This document shows, one piece after another, positions 35,460 through 48,698 of a stretch of DNA of 64,000 nt (positions are counted from its first letter, which is position 1; each line of letters begins with the position of its first letter). Source of the DNA: Anthoceros angustus (taxonomy: Eukaryota > Plantae > Anthocerotophyta). Position numbers and translations under genes: made by a program. The notes under the pieces were generated by a model. That model did not search any database. It was not told the origin of the DNA and saw nothing but the letters and a program-made list of their open reading frames with translations. The stretch covers positions 248,001 through 312,000 of the forward strand of contig MU008171.1 in assembly GCA_010909165.1 (NCBI GenBank). Reading direction: 5' to 3'.

Positions 35460-35760
35460 AGTTGAAGCTGCTAAGGAGGCAGCATGGGAAAGGACTTTTC
35501 TTGAAGGCTTGATTCATAGGCAGGACTCTCCAACTTTAATTTTCTGTGACAACAAATCAACAATTTCTATGGCCAGCAATCCTCGATTTCATTCAAGGAC
35601 GAAACACATTAAGATCAGGCAGCACTGTGTTAGGCAAACCGTTGAAACAGGGGTCGTGAAAATTTCCTATGTTAGTCTCTACGCACATGAACACTGCAGA
35701 CCTTCTTACCAAGAATATGCCTCGACATAAACACTATCTACACATGGAGGCTCTTGGTCT
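35460..35760 (+). mobile_element. Ty1/copia RNase H fragment
   Basis: EAAKEAAW...IFCDNKSTISMASNPRFHSRTKHIKIRQHCVRQ...TADLLTK. Confidence 0.8.
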
Positions 35761-36339
35761 ACAAGATGTCTTGTCATTATTACCAGTATCCAAGAAGTAA
35801 CACTTCTCTGCTAAGTTGCTCTTGGCAAAATGTATCTGCTTCAGTGCACTGCCAAGCCACCGCACTGTTAGAGATTTGGACTTGAACTTGTGGCGGATGA
35901 AGCTTATCGACCTAGCCAATTGCTACCGGTTCTCACTAATCACATGCACCAAGCTATGCCATGGATGTCTTCAATCGGCTTTCAGCTTGTGCAGCTCTAT
36001 TGCCTTGTAGCACGAGGCCTGCTTATCCGAAGCTGGGGCCTGTTTTCAGTCCACCCCTAACCATGACTGTGAACTCCCGAGCACAACTAGGTGCCAGCCC
36101 TATCTCAAACGACGAAATTATAATTTTGTTCATAACGTTTCCTCAACCCTGAACCAGAACCAATTATTCTGTTCTGATTCTGCTTCCGTGCACGCGTGTT
36201 TTCTTCTTGCTCCCGTCCTCTTCATGCCGCTACCACTCAGCTGAAGCCTGCGCTCTAAACAGTCAGACTTTCATGAAGCTCGTCTCACACATTCACAATT
36301 CAACGCCTTCTTGTATGCTCTCAAGCTCTTCGTTTTCAA

Positions 36340-36850
36340 GTGCTCTCCATGTTCACGCACAGAGACCATCAACACGGGCCTCGCTCTTACAGGGATAGCT
36401 GGGACCAGGGGCTACATGGCGCCCGAGCTTGCAGTACCCGGGAGAGTCTCGGCCAAGTCGGATGTTTTCAGTGTTGGCGTTTTGTTGCTGGAGGTGGCCT
36501 GCGGCAGGAAGCCGCAAATCTCCTACCAGGATTCTCAGCTAGTTGAATGGGTGTGGCAGACGCGAGAAGCTGGCACCCTTCTGGAGCTATATATGCAGTG
36601 GAGGATCCAGCTCTCGACTGCAAGTTCGATGCTGGGCAGCTAATGTGTGTGGTACATGTCGGCTTGCTGTGCACCCACCCGGAGGCCAGCTCGAGGCCTT
36701 GTACTAGGAGCGTGCAGCAGGTGTTGAACGGATATGTTGGACTACCTCCGCTCCCCAAGTCCAGACCAGTTGCGGTGTACGGGGATTCGACAACTTCCTC
36801 CTCCTCCACAGAGATGTCCTGGTTGCAAGGTTCCGATTCCTACAATGCTA
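36340..36850 (+). pseudogene. 3' half of an RLK (LecRK-type) kinase domain
   Basis: GIAGTRGYMAPE...AKSDVFSVGVLLLEVACGRKP...LVEWVW, then a frameshift into VVHVGLLCTHPEASSRPCTRSVQQVLNG. Subdomains I-VII are absent. Confidence 0.82.
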
Positions 36851-37630
36851 GACACAATTTGGGCCGTCAGTGTTTCTGGTGTCGCAGTAAGGAGGTCGTG
36901 CTGCTCTCATCCAGATTCCACACCCTAGTCGGCTTCTCTGCAGTAATTGTGTCGGGTAGGGTGGGGTCTCCCCAAGATTAGCACTTCTGATGTGGATCAT
37001 TCCATGCATCAAATTCTCACTGTAGCTGATTCTCACCGGACTCCTATGGCCTAAGTGTTTTGTATTGAATCAAGCAAGAGGAACTTGTAAGTGCACCTAC
37101 TAGTGGACTGCATTTGGCGGATCAGATGCTCCTTCCGCCATAGGCCCGTCCACAAAAAGCGATGAACATCCACTTTAATCCAGTATTGTCCCAGACCTGT
37201 GTTTCCTGGTTGTGAAGACTGGTCAGAAGCAACAGTTGTTCCAGGACCCTTTCCACAGGGCCATTCTCACAAGGACGGGACTACCTAATGTAGCTTATCG
37301 CCGTAAACGATGCCCTTAAGGATGTATCAAACCAGGTATCATTTTGAACCCAGAAGTTCAGAGTCCAGAACCAAACCCGAGTTACGGTATCATATACGTT
37401 TTAGGGTGAGAAATTCCCCTGCACTATCTGTACTGTTGGTTCCTGTTCGTTTATGTGGTTTAAGGCAGCGGGCAGGCGGGAGAGTATGAGCATCAGCTGG
37501 CCCGCACCGTGTTGTGCTAATCCATTGCTGCGGTGATCGGTGCTCGCTCGTCTATCTGCTGCGCATGCCCTTGCCCTTTTGACTGCTGGTGACAACTTCC
37601 ATCCCAGGTGCCTGCCGATTAGGTTCCATC

Positions 37631-38994
37631 ATGGGGAAGGGAGCAGGGCGGGGGAAGTTCAAGGGCAAGCCCACGGGGCGCCGTCATTTCTCCACGCCAG
37701 AAGAGATGGGTACATTCCGCTTTCTCCGCTCAATCCTGGCTTTGCACAGTGACGATCTCTAGGAAGAGCGTGCTCGTTTCTTGCCTGCTGCCCCACTCCC
37801 GGTTTAGTCTGCCAGACGTGATTGCAGATGTGCTTTCGCAAGCAAGGCATCTGTGGAGGAGGGAGTTGGTGGTGTGGATCATGAGTCGCTTGACAATGAA
37901 GGACTGGCCTGGCGTTTTGGTGCTGATTGTCCTACTGATGCCGTTGTGTATTGTTTGCAGCTGCCGGCACTTCAGCTAAGCCTCGCAGTTTCAAGAGGGT
38001 AAATTGAGACTGTACCATGTAACCTTCTCATTCCCAGCAGGCTCTCATTGCGCTTGTTTCGGTCTGCAGTGTTGCCTAGGTTGCTGCTAAGGATTCTCTC
38101 TCGTTTTTTCAGAATCCAAAGGAGGAAGATGCAGAGGAGGAGGAGGAGGAAGAGGAGGAGGAGTCTGACTCCGGAGATGACTCCACGGTTAGCGTCAGTT
38201 TCTCGTGAAGGGTGACTTTTGAGTTAGAGCTCTCACCATCCACAAGGAAGACCTGAGTTGCTTTGTGTGCATTGTGCAGAAGAAAAAGGGAGCTCAGGGT
38301 GTCATAGAAATCGAGAACCCTAACATGGTGAAAGCGAAAAGTCTGAAGGCCAAGGAACTGGATGTACGTATGTAGCAGTGGCTGCGCTGGTCTACCTCCA
38401 ATTATGGTGTCTTCCAACAAGGGCTGACCTGCGCATCATCTTTTTTTGCAGCCTGACAGACCTACAGAGTTATCACGGCGAGAAAGGTATTGGATTAAAG
38501 CTTCCCCTGTTTTTTTTTTTTTTCGGGACGGGGGTCTCTTTGTCAGGAATCCGTACAAACATCACTGGCTGTGCGAATGCAGGGAGGAACTTGAGAAGCA
38601 GAGGGCCCATGAGAGATATCTCAGGCTGCAAGAGCAGGGGAAGACCGAACAATCGAAGAAAGATTTAGGTTGGTGATTTCATTTCACAGCCGTGCTAGCC
38701 GTGCTAGCCGTGCTAGCTGTGATGCTGTCTTCGGGCTTTCGTTAGACCACCCGTTTTCATATATGGGTCAACGTGCAGAACGGCTAGCATTAATCAGGCA
38801 GGAACGGCTGGAGGCTGCAAAGAAGAGAGAGGAAGAGAAAGCAGGTTGGTCTCGTACTCCATATCCAGCGGAGCAGCAAGTTCGTTGTGTGTTTAGTGCA
38901 CGGCGTTGTTCACCTGGCCATTCTGAATATCTGTTGTGCTCTGTTTGATTAAACAACAGCAAGAGAAGCAAAGAAGGCAGAATCCCGGAAGTAG
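37631..38994 (+). CDS. PDAP1: 28 kDa heat- and acid-stable phosphoprotein (PP28 family)
   Basis: Exons give MGKGAGRGKFKGKPTGRRHFSTPEEM, an acidic stretch, [72 protein letters not shown]. Confidence 0.9.
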
Positions 38995-39375
38995 GTTATC
39001 AGTGTACCTCAAGATATGCCATCTCCGGATCTCTGTTCTCAGACACCGGATCTCTGTTCTCAGACAAGGAGCCTTTCTACGGGGCAAATAAGTCACTTCC
39101 TTTAGCCTCTGTCATACGTTCCTTCAATTGCTTGTGTGGTTCCAAAATTGTTAACAACGTTTCTACAATCTTTTAAGCTATTCCACTGAAAGCTCTCCTC
39201 CTCTGGAAGTTCTACATCTGCCTACTTAGGATTAGCATCATCGGGATGAAGTCGTCGCGAATCGCTCGATTTTCCGTCTCCCGTGTACTGGATTGAAAAT
39301 ACATGCACGACATGCGTAACGCGGTTCTGGGTGTTTATTAGCAAGGTGCAGCAAAGCCCATTGCAGTCCGCAGCG

Positions 39376-41781
39376 ATGGCGACGGCAGGTCAGGCTGCCG
39401 CTGTGCATGGCCTTGTCGCAGGCAACGGCCTGGCCGTCATCTCCTTGGATCGTCCCAGGGCACTGAACGCCATGAATCTTGGTAACTTCAGAATCAATTT
39501 GGTTCTCCTTCGTCTCGCTTCCTTCCCTCTTGCTGGTGTGCTGATTTTCCATCCTGCCCTCTTTGGCAGAAATGGATGAGGCGTATAAGCAGTTTCTCGA
39601 CGAATGGAGTCGGGATGCAGCTGTCAAGGGAGTCCTGGTGGAAAGCACTTCTTCGCGAGCCTTCTCAGCCGGTAAGCTGCGCACCTTGCCTCTAGGCACG
39701 TCTTGGGTTGTAGAGTACCTCGGGTGATGACAACGAGGACTTGGAGGTGCTTTTCTCAGGGGAAGCTTGGTAAAATGCAGGAATGGACATTAAAGGGGTA
39801 GCTGCTGCTGTACGAGAGAACGCAAACACATCTCTTGTGCAGGAGGTGCTTGTTCGAGCCCTGTGCTGTGTAGAGACTATGCTTAGGCCCAACTGGAAAT
39901 GTGTTTGCCCCAATGATATGACCCAAGCTTTTAACATCAGCCGTCAGGAAAGACGAGGTTTGGAAATTAAAGGCAACTTGGTCATTCTAACCTTGCAGGA
40001 GGTGATGTTAAATGGATGACAACAACTGGCGTCCGAGGAAGGAATGCTCATATGTGTGCACTGGAGGTCGAGCATTTGTATACCTCCAATTTTCTTGCGG
40101 ATGCTGGCTCTTAGGTTTTTGCGTTTGATTCTGAGCATGTTTCGATACTATCTCGCAGCCACAAACTGTCTTTGCTCCACCCTATCGTTTCGATCATTCA
40201 GTTCTAGAGTTCCTAGGTCCCAGTTGTTGCCCCCTTGCCCTCTGTACTTATCAGTGGGTGTGGTTCTTAAAACGTTTCGTCGTCTGCAGGTCTTTCAGAC
40301 AGAGTATTCTCTCATTTGTGCGATATCACGATATTCAAAGCCATACGTTTCTCTTATGGACGGCATCACAATGGGTTTCGGTCTTGGCCTCTCTGCTCAT
40401 GGGCGCTATCGCATTATAACTGAGGTATGGCATAGTCGTTGGGGTTCATGCTTTAGATCTTGGCATGTTAAACATTGCCTCTAACCAGAACTGCACAATG
40501 AGGAGTTAGACAGTAAGTTTCAGTTCTTAACCTTTTCTTCCGAACCTTGGGCTGCCAGAAAACAGTTCTAGGGATGCCAGAAAATGGAATTGGCCTTTTC
40601 CCTGATGTTGGATTTGCATACTTGGCTGCTAAGACTCCTGGGCAAGGAGCCCTTGGTGCGTCTGTTTCACTTCGCATTGAGCCTGTACTTCTCTCATGGC
40701 AGCTTTCCAAAAGCCTTACCTGAATCAAGGACTAGACTCACTTGATCCTGTATCTCCGTTCAAATGCAGGGGCATACCTGGCGATTACAGGTGCTCGAGT
40801 CACGAATCCTGCAGATGCTTTGTTCACAGGGCTAGCGACTCATTTTGTCCCGTCACAGAATCTGCCAGCTTTGAAGCAAGCCTTGCTTAAAGAAGAATTG
40901 TAAGTTTCCATCACAGTATTCTCAGCTTACCGAAAGGGCTTATATCGAGTATGGCGTTTGATAAGACCTTTCCTGCCTCTGTTGAATATGAACTTGCAGT
41001 TCTGCAGACGTCGGTGAGAGTGTGGAGCGTGTACTGTCAAAATTCAGTGAGGTCCCAAAGGATGAGCCTGAGTTAAAAAGACTTTTGCCGTGGATTGTAT
41101 CTTGTTTCGGGGGAGGCAAATCAATTGTGGAGACTGTGGATGCCCTTCACAGTCTCAAGCTTTCTGAAAACATCCAAGGTCCATCCTAACTCGAGCTTGC
41201 GATGCTTGCATGAAAATTTCCAGCAATCACTTCCTGGTTCTATGCCTGTCTGTTCCTTATCTGGAGAATAACATTTGTGCTTTAACAGCTGCCGAGTGGG
41301 CAAGAGTTGCGCTCCTTGGTATCGAGAGAGGTGCCCCGTTTTCGTTGAGCCTAACTCGAAAGCATTTCTCCGAGGTTGCCTCAGCTGCAGCAAGTCCCGG
41401 TCATGAGCTTTCAGAGGTAAAGGAACGTCGGGTTGTGACACCGTTGTGGGCATGCTCATGGCCATTTCTGATTTTTGTCGCACGACTTCTAATAGATTGA
41501 AGGAGTGATGAGGAGGGAGCACCGGCTGGCAGTGAGGATGACCTTGCGCAAAGATTTTGTGGAGGGCGTTCGAGCAGTCCTAATCGACAAGGATCAGGTG
41601 CGTTGGATGAGACTTTTTTTTATACCATGTGCAGTATCCATTCCCACAGGGCTCATGTCCACTTGAACCCTGTTTCCAGAAGCCCAAGTGGGAGCCGCAA
41701 AGCCTCGAGGAGGTGAAAACTGCAGATGTGCAGGCGTGCTTTGAAGCTCTGGAATCGCCGTCAGACGAGTTGGTGTTGTGA
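39376..41781 (+). CDS. 3-hydroxyisobutyryl-CoA hydrolase-like protein (crotonase fold; At4g13360-like)
   Basis: [100 protein letters not shown]. Start uncertain; may extend upstream. Confidence 0.9.
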
Positions 41782-42031
41782 TCATTCTGCTCATGCCCTA
41801 CCTAGGTCAATAAGCTGGCCTTTTCTTGAAATAATAATTGGCAAAACCAGTTTTCGTCGTCGTCCACAAAAGCGTATAGATAATAAACATGACATTTGGG
41901 GCTCAGGGTTCTTCACTTCGCAGGATATGGTCGGGATGCACAAGACACCTCCGGATGGTCTCTTGGCACTTCTGTTGTACAGAGGATTGAGTCATTAAAA
42001 TACAATTGTCCCGCCGGACTGAAAACAGTCG

Positions 42032-44825
42032 TCAGCGCGGGCCGTTCGACCTGCCGGCCGACGGTGGTGCAATGTCTAGCGGCCGTTTGCGGCGGCCACG
42101 GGAACCTGGTGTAGGGGTCTCGTTTTCTGCCGGGTGACGAGACAAAGGCGTGGCCTGCCTTCGTTTACCCAAGGTGTTGTTCGAGATGTTCTGCAAAGCC
42201 GCTCTAGCCTCCTTCTTGCTCTTGTTTCTAGACGGAGCTATATACTGGAGCATCTCTTCGTGCTGCCGACGGCCGCTCAGGAGCTTCACCTTGAAGGAGT
42301 CCTCTGCAGTGAAACATTGGGAAGAGCACGGGCTGCCCATAGCACTCCTGTCAATGTCCACGTTGCCATTGTTCACCTGCGGCAATCGCGGAAATTGATC
42401 AGCTCACCAGATGAGCTAGCTGTTACAGGTGACAGGCGAATAGTGCGTACCAGTTGTAGAAGAGCAGAGAAAGATCTGGCCACCTCGTGCTCTGGTTGGC
42501 CTCGAACCAGGTCTGCAAACGACTTGTCCTCTTGGGAGCTTGCAGTGGCCTCGGCGACTTCGGTGGTGCTGGAGAGGTTTTGCAGCAGCTGCTCACCGTA
42601 CACATGTATGTCAAATGGTGTGCGAGATTCCTGCACAAGCAACCCATGGCCTTAATGCCCCAAAACCCAGGGGATCAGCTACTGTGCTGCAACTGGGAGC
42701 TACGCACCTGTTCCTCCAGCGTTACTTCGATTTTCTGCTTCCAGCCTGAGACTCTGGTGGCAAGTTCTGTACGTTCCTCCGAGTCCACCAACTTCCGAAA
42801 AATGGAATCCTGCACTTGCCCTGATCAGTACTGCCAAAACCTCACCGAACAACGAAATGTTGCTGAGTAATCGCTCTCCGTACCATGTGAGCTTGGCACA
42901 GTTCTTCAAAACTCATTTCTTGTGTTTCTCCATCTTTCCAATCAGGGTGGGGCCCAAGATCCAACTCACCGGGCTCGCTCGTTCCCCCCTGTTCACAGCC
43001 AAGTCTTAGACCTGCACTACATTGTCCAGCTTTGCGACACAGAGAAAAGATACCGTGAAGAATGCTCACAATGTTTGCGTCAGCAGCTTCATGCAGGAAC
43101 ACAAAGGCGTCCTCTGGCACAGCATCCCCGGTTTCGTTCCACTCATCATCCTCATCTGACAGGTTTGCTGACCCGGCGCCTTCATCCACTCTGTCTTTGT
43201 CTGGGGATCCTGTCTTTGGGCGCTCAGGTGTGCAATATGTAGCTCGAAGCTGCAACACAGACGAGGCCCCGGCCAATCAGCTCGCTGACGTCAAGATGGT
43301 CAACTTCACTTGCGTTGCAGTCACCCACCTGCTCGAAACGTTTGGACCAACCATCGTCAGATGTCTCGGACTCAGCCTTTTTCTGCCTGGACAGCAGGAT
43401 CTTTCCAAATTCAGGAAAAGATGGACCATGCCGTGATGCAACGCACATTTCGAAAGCAGGCGTCGTGCTCGGTTCTCGTCTCGGCTTGCTTTTCCGAAAG
43501 TGGTCTCCTGCACGATATCAATGTAGGTGAGACATGTCCTGCAAGGAAGCACTTTCAGGGCAGCCCAGTCTGAAAATACCTTTCTTGAATGGTTTGATCG
43601 GAAGTGACCCCACCTCGTAAGGATTCAGTGTAGCCCAGGGATCACTCTCTGTCTCGCTGTCGGAGACCGAAGCATCATTAGCCGGCATGGGATCCCCGTG
43701 GTCATCATACATGAACTCCAGCGAATTGACCGGCCAGTAAGAAGAATCAAGGACGTTCGGCTGCTCAGGTGCAGCCCCTTGCTCCCCCTTGTTTGCATCA
43801 GCCCCATCCTCTCCGCCTTGTCCATGAGCTCCAGCAGCACTTTTAGGAGTCCTGTCTTTGACACCCGAGCTTTGCCTCTTCCCAGGCGTAGTCGTCCCAT
43901 TGCCTTTAGGCGTCCTGCCTCGAACACTGGCCGCAGGACTCTTCCCCGCAGCACAACCCAAGTAAATATCCACGGATGCAGCATCACAGGGATCAAGCAG
44001 CAAAAAGTCCCTATGCAAAATGCTGGTTGCAATCTGCAACCAAATAAAAAAATGTGAGCATTTCCACGAGAAGGGAAGGAGAGGCAAGCAACAAGGCAAA
44101 GGATATTCCAAACAACCTGAAACGATGCCAACTCTCCTGCATCCCCCGCCATATCCCTAGCATCTCCCTCCACCACGAGCAAGCAAGCTGGCGGCTTGAG
44201 CACAGGCGTGAGAAGCCCTGCTCCGCTACCCTGGTCATCGATATCGATGTTTGCTTCTTCTGCGGACCTCAGAGACAGCATCAGCCAAGACAATAACGGT
44301 GCAGCTAGGGCGGCAACTGCTCCCAACCAACCTCTCACCCGGCACATCGTCCAGCTTCAAAAACTCCTCCTCCTCCTCCTCAAACACGTCCGCATCCTTC
44401 CCGTCCGCTTGCAACGACGACTTTCCGTCCGCCTGCGACGCCTTCTTCAGCGCAATGAGCTCCAGCGCCTGCAAGACGAGGCCGTACAAATACTCCACTT
44501 TCCTGCTGTAGACTTGTATGGAGCCTTGGATAACCAGCGCCGCTGCAGGCCACAAGACAGTGCGGGCATCAGATGGCGGCACGCAGAAAAACCTAACAAA
44601 GCAGCACCAGCAAGAAAGGCAATAGCAGCAAGAAGAACGAGCCTTACCTTGAGCAAAATTGAGCAAAGAGCGGCCATCGGGGCAAAGGCAGGATCGCGAG
44701 AGCTGCTCAAGATATTGCTGCAGCTCGCGCGCCACATCCACAGACCAGTTGGCCACCAAATCGCGCTGCGGCTGCAGCAAGGCGAGCAGATCCGCTCCCT
44801 CGGCGTCCGCGTCCGCCTCCTCCAT
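42032..44825 (-). CDS. NCAPH2: Condensin II kleisin subunit CAP-H2
   Basis: N-terminal LQPQRDLVANWSVDVARELQQYL...[29 protein letters not shown] and C-terminal FDIHVYGEQLL...EVARSFSALLQLVNNGNVDI; multi-exon. Confidence 0.9.
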
Positions 44826-44872
44826 CGCCGCCCTCACCGCGCTTTCTCCTCCTGCGTTTTTTTGAACTGGAT

Positions 44873-44934
44873 GCCGTCTCGAGACGTCTCAAACGCGGTC
44901 TCGAGACGTCTCAAATGCCGCCTCAAGACGTCTC
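44873..44934. promoter_or_regulatory. Three 22-23-bp-period copies of the palindrome (G)AGACGTCTC (C-box GACGTC core) in a divergent promoter
   Basis: gagacgtctc at 44881 and 44903 and agacgtctc at 44926, in the ~245-bp gap between the CAP-H2 and bZIP start codons. The sequence is observed; a regulatory role is inferred. Confidence 0.5.
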
Positions 44935-45070
44935 CAAGTCTCCGTGTTGAGTGGCCCGGGGGCCGGGTGCTCCAACAATTCCCTTAAAATGACCCCCCTT
45001 TTCAACCAGCATGCTTGAAGGAGGCCGGTTGCAGTTGTAGAGAGCTTATCCTCTAGCAGCGCCAGAAACA

Positions 45071-45931
45071 ATGGAGGGACCGGGGCCCGGGCCGGGCCCG
45101 GGAACAGGATCAGGGCAGGCGCTGGGAAGCTGCGGCGGCGGCGGCGGCGGCGGCAGCGGCAGCGTCGGCGCCAGCAACAGCACGAGCAATGGAGGTAGCG
45201 GCAAGAGCAAGAGCATGCGGCGGGAGCCGTCGGTGGAGGATCTCTTTGCACCCATGTGGCGCCTGGATGTGCACTCCACCAAGCCGGCATCAGAGGATGC
45301 GGATTCTAACCGAGAGCCAGAGCCGGAGCCGGAGAGTTGTGTGGCAACCTCGATTCCGATTCCCAGGGCCAGAGGCCGCAGCGGGAGCGGCGGGAGCGGT
45401 GGGAGCAGCACGGCCACTTCATCTCACTCCTGGCCTTCCTCTACCTGCTCCGGGATCGTAGATCTGAGGTCTGTAGGAGGCGCGGCATCCGCGTCCGGAG
45501 CTGGAGCTGGAGCTGCACTCGGCGGAGGAGGATCCGAGGGCTTGACGCAGGCTCAGACGGCTGCGCTCTCCAATTCCGCTTCCGACGATGATCAGGTGGC
45601 TGTGGACGAGAGGAAGCAGCGGCGGATGCTGTCGAACCGAGAGTCCGCGCGCCGGTCCCGCCTGCGGAAGCAACAGCACCTGGACGAGCTGCGCGCGCAG
45701 GTGGCGCATCTGCGAGGCGAGAACAACCAGATTATGAGCAAGTTCACGCTGGCCACGCAGCACTACGCGCAGATCAGCGAGGAGAATCGGGTGTTGCGCT
45801 CGCACGCCATGGACCTTAGCCGCCAGCTCCAGCGGCTGCATCACGCTGCGGTAGCGCACAACGCGGCGGCTGGATTTCTCACTGTGGCAGGGAGCTCGAC
45901 TGTAGAGACGCCTGCCGCAACGACTCCTTAG
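45071..45931 (+). CDS. bZIP transcription factor, S-group-like, intronless
   Basis: DERKQRRMLSNRESARRSRLRKQQHLDELRAQVAHLRGENNQI...ENRVLRSHAMDLSRQLQRL: basic region N-x7-R plus an extended leucine zipper. Confidence 0.92.
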   Translation: MEGPGPGPGPGTGSGQALGSCGGGGGGGSGSVGASNSTSNGGSGKSKSMRREPSVEDLFAPMWRLDVHSTKPASEDADSNREPEPEPESCVATSIPIPRARGRSGSGGSGGSSTATSSHSWPSSTCSGIVDLRSVGGAASASGAGAGAALGGGGSEGLTQAQTAALSNSASDDDQVAVDERKQRRMLSNRESARRSRLRKQQHLDELRAQVAHLRGENNQIMSKFTLATQHYAQISEENRVLRSHAMDLSRQLQRLHHAAVAHNAAAGFLTVAGSSTVETPAATTP

Positions 45932-46194
45932 TTTCTCTGCAACACCGATGTACAGAACATTCTTCCCTCTGTCAGACACAGGTAACACTTTTCCCCCTTC
46001 CATGTATTTTATTTCGTTGTAGAATTTTCAGGCTTCCATCCCACAATGAACATCTGAGCCTCTGTAATCACCAAGCGGGGCCGTGGGATATTTAACCCAA
46101 CTCGTGCCACAAAAATGGATTTGACAAGGCCTTCCCAGGCCCAGAAACAATTGTGTCCCTCGTCCATGCTCATGCTCGCTGTGTTCTCTTCTTC

Positions 46195-48698
46195 CTACTG
46201 GTGATCTGCACCTACTGCCTCTTTCACCGACTTGAATCCGTCCCGTTCAAGACAACGAGCCAACTCTGCCTGCACGGACAGGAATTGATTCTCAGGCAAC
46301 CACATTTCAATGGCAACACTCGCAGCAACAGCAGCTCATAACTCAAACCAGGTTTGGATACCTTTATCCGGGGCACAATCGCAGGCCCCTCGTAAGCGAA
46401 GGCGGTGTACAGCTGCACTAGCGAAGCACCCGCCCGTATCTTCAGGTAGACATCCTCGCCACTGTTAGACGCGTGAACACTTGATCACACATTTTGCTAC
46501 AAAAAATAAGGGATTCCAACTGGACTTTTTTCTCGCAACAACCTGCGTACCTGCTGACACCTCCGCATCCAACCAGGGGGATTCTACCCTGCAGTATAAT
46601 AATGCAATTAACTCGTGAGAAAGACAAAAAAAAAAATCACCTACTCATTCCCACTGGACAAACAAACACAGCTGTCCGGAATGGGCACACACCCGAGTCA
46701 GGCTGTACATCTCCCTCAGCACCTCGGTCGAGAGGTTAAACAGGGGCTTTCCACTCAATCCTCCAGTTTCATCGGCATTCATGACACCAAGGACAGCATC
46801 TGGCCTGGAGACTGTTGTGTTGCCAATCAACTGGAAAGCAAACACAAATGCAAATATTTTAGAGCTACGTAGATGCAGACTTTGATGGCTTGCGACAGCA
46901 AGGGCCTCCGGAGTTAAAGAGGGTCATAACAACTCACCAGCCCATCCAACCTTAAACTCAAAGCGACCTGCAAGGTGGAGAAGGGCATTAGTGAATGTCT
47001 CTCACCTTGAATCCAGATGAGAAGACAAACAAACAGCTCAGCCATCAGGTCACCTGAGCGATGTCTGCCAAGTCCTGGTTCGATAAATCTGGAGCAATCT
47101 TCACTAGTAATGGCGGGGGGCCCTCCTCCCCCCATTGCATCTCATCTCGAGCTGCCAGAACCTAGAACAAATTGCCAATTATGACTGCATCCTTTCACGA
47201 CGTGCAATCATGACATTATCTTTCCACGAGAACGTACCTTTTTTATAAGGTCTTTCAGCTGCTTCCTACCTTGTAATTTTCGCAAGCCTGGAGTATTAGG
47301 AGACGAAACGTTTATCACCTACATGACAGACAGGCTCTTCTAAGATGTCCAACAAACACGGCGCCCCCAGAAAACAATGAAGAGGCTGCTGCTGCAGCTG
47401 AATCATCAAGCTCCTATTACAACCGGGGGAGATGCACTCAAGGACCAACCAACCCAGGCGTTTTCGTGAACTAACTGACCAGGTAATCGGCATATTGTGA
47501 CAGGGTGTGGACCCCTTGAACATAATCAGCAGAAGCATCGTCACTCGTTTTATTTTTCCCCAAATTGACTCCCAGGATCCCCGGTCCAGCTTTGCCACCA
47601 TGTCTATTTTGCTCTAAACTCCCAGAATTTGTTGCACGAACAGTTTCTGCCATTCTTCGCTTTCCATGCTGTGCCCCTAACCTCTTGGCTACGGCCACTA
47701 TTCCCTCGCTATTAAAACCATACCTGTTGATAATAGCCCTGTTCTCGGAAGCAGAATGCACATACCCGCATCAGTAACCACGTCTAGGTCTCACCACGCT
47801 AGTGGACAAATTGAAATTCTCCTGGTAAACGTCATTACCCTTGTTCATGCAATCTGAAAACACGTGGCCTTGGGTTGCCATCCTGTGGCACAGGTGTCAC
47901 CGAGCCAACTTCTACAAAACCAAAACCAAGGCCAAGCAAGCCTTCCACAGCTTGGGCATCCTTGTCAAACCCGGCTGCAAGGCCAATGGGATTAGCAAAT
48001 ACGCGCCCCCAGACGTCAACCTCAAGTGCAGGTGGGTCAGGCCTAGTTTCTCTGGGAACTAGACCATGTGCAGCAGCCCAGATGGCTAGTCGATGCGCAT
48101 CTTCTGGATCCAGCAGTCTAAAAAGAGGATTGACTACATTGCATGCTTTGAAGGCCCAAGAGCTGCAGAACACAAGGTGGAGCTGATCGCTGAGTCCACC
48201 AGCCAACCCACATTCACGCATGCCACCACTTAAAAACCAAAACCCAACCCCCGTAAAACAGCTGATGAGATAAGATCGGCACCTGATCGTGGCCTCGTCC
48301 TTGGTGCCCACATATGCTCCAGCACCTATCACTGACCCCAGACATGTGCCTGTCAACAAGCGTCTCTGTACGGATGCCAGGATGCAGGCAAATTAGCAGC
48401 CACTATGGGCAACCCTAAAACCCTAAACCCTAGCTTCTCTCCCACATTGCCACAGCATCCACCAACCAAACAAATACCACCAGACTCGAATCCACCAATT
48501 TCAACTAGAACATCGTACCCAAGTGAGACGCAATTTCGGAGGCAAATTAGGTCTGCGAGGCTGCGCGGCGCTGTGAATGCCGGACGTGGAGCAGGAAGCC
48601 GAGCCTTGTCCGCCGGAGCGCGGTGCCTTGGTGGAGGCATCCTCCAGGGCCGAGCGGACCAGGCCGCGCAGCCGCCAGCCCGCTCTAGGGTGCGTCAT
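46195..48698 (-). CDS. PYRD: Dihydroorotate dehydrogenase (quinone), mitochondrial class 2
   Basis: [97 protein letters not shown], final exon [24 protein letters not shown]. Confidence 0.95.
48411..48433 (+). repeat. Short telomere-like (AAACCCT) repeat / telo-box in DHODH intron 1
   Basis: aaccctaaaaccctaaaccctag. Confidence 0.6.

Noticed and set aside
19934-48698. Nucleic-acid metabolism cluster (exonuclease, SMUG1, CAP-H2, DHODH)
   Set aside because: The genes are interspersed with unrelated ones and show no shared pathway or regulatory signature.
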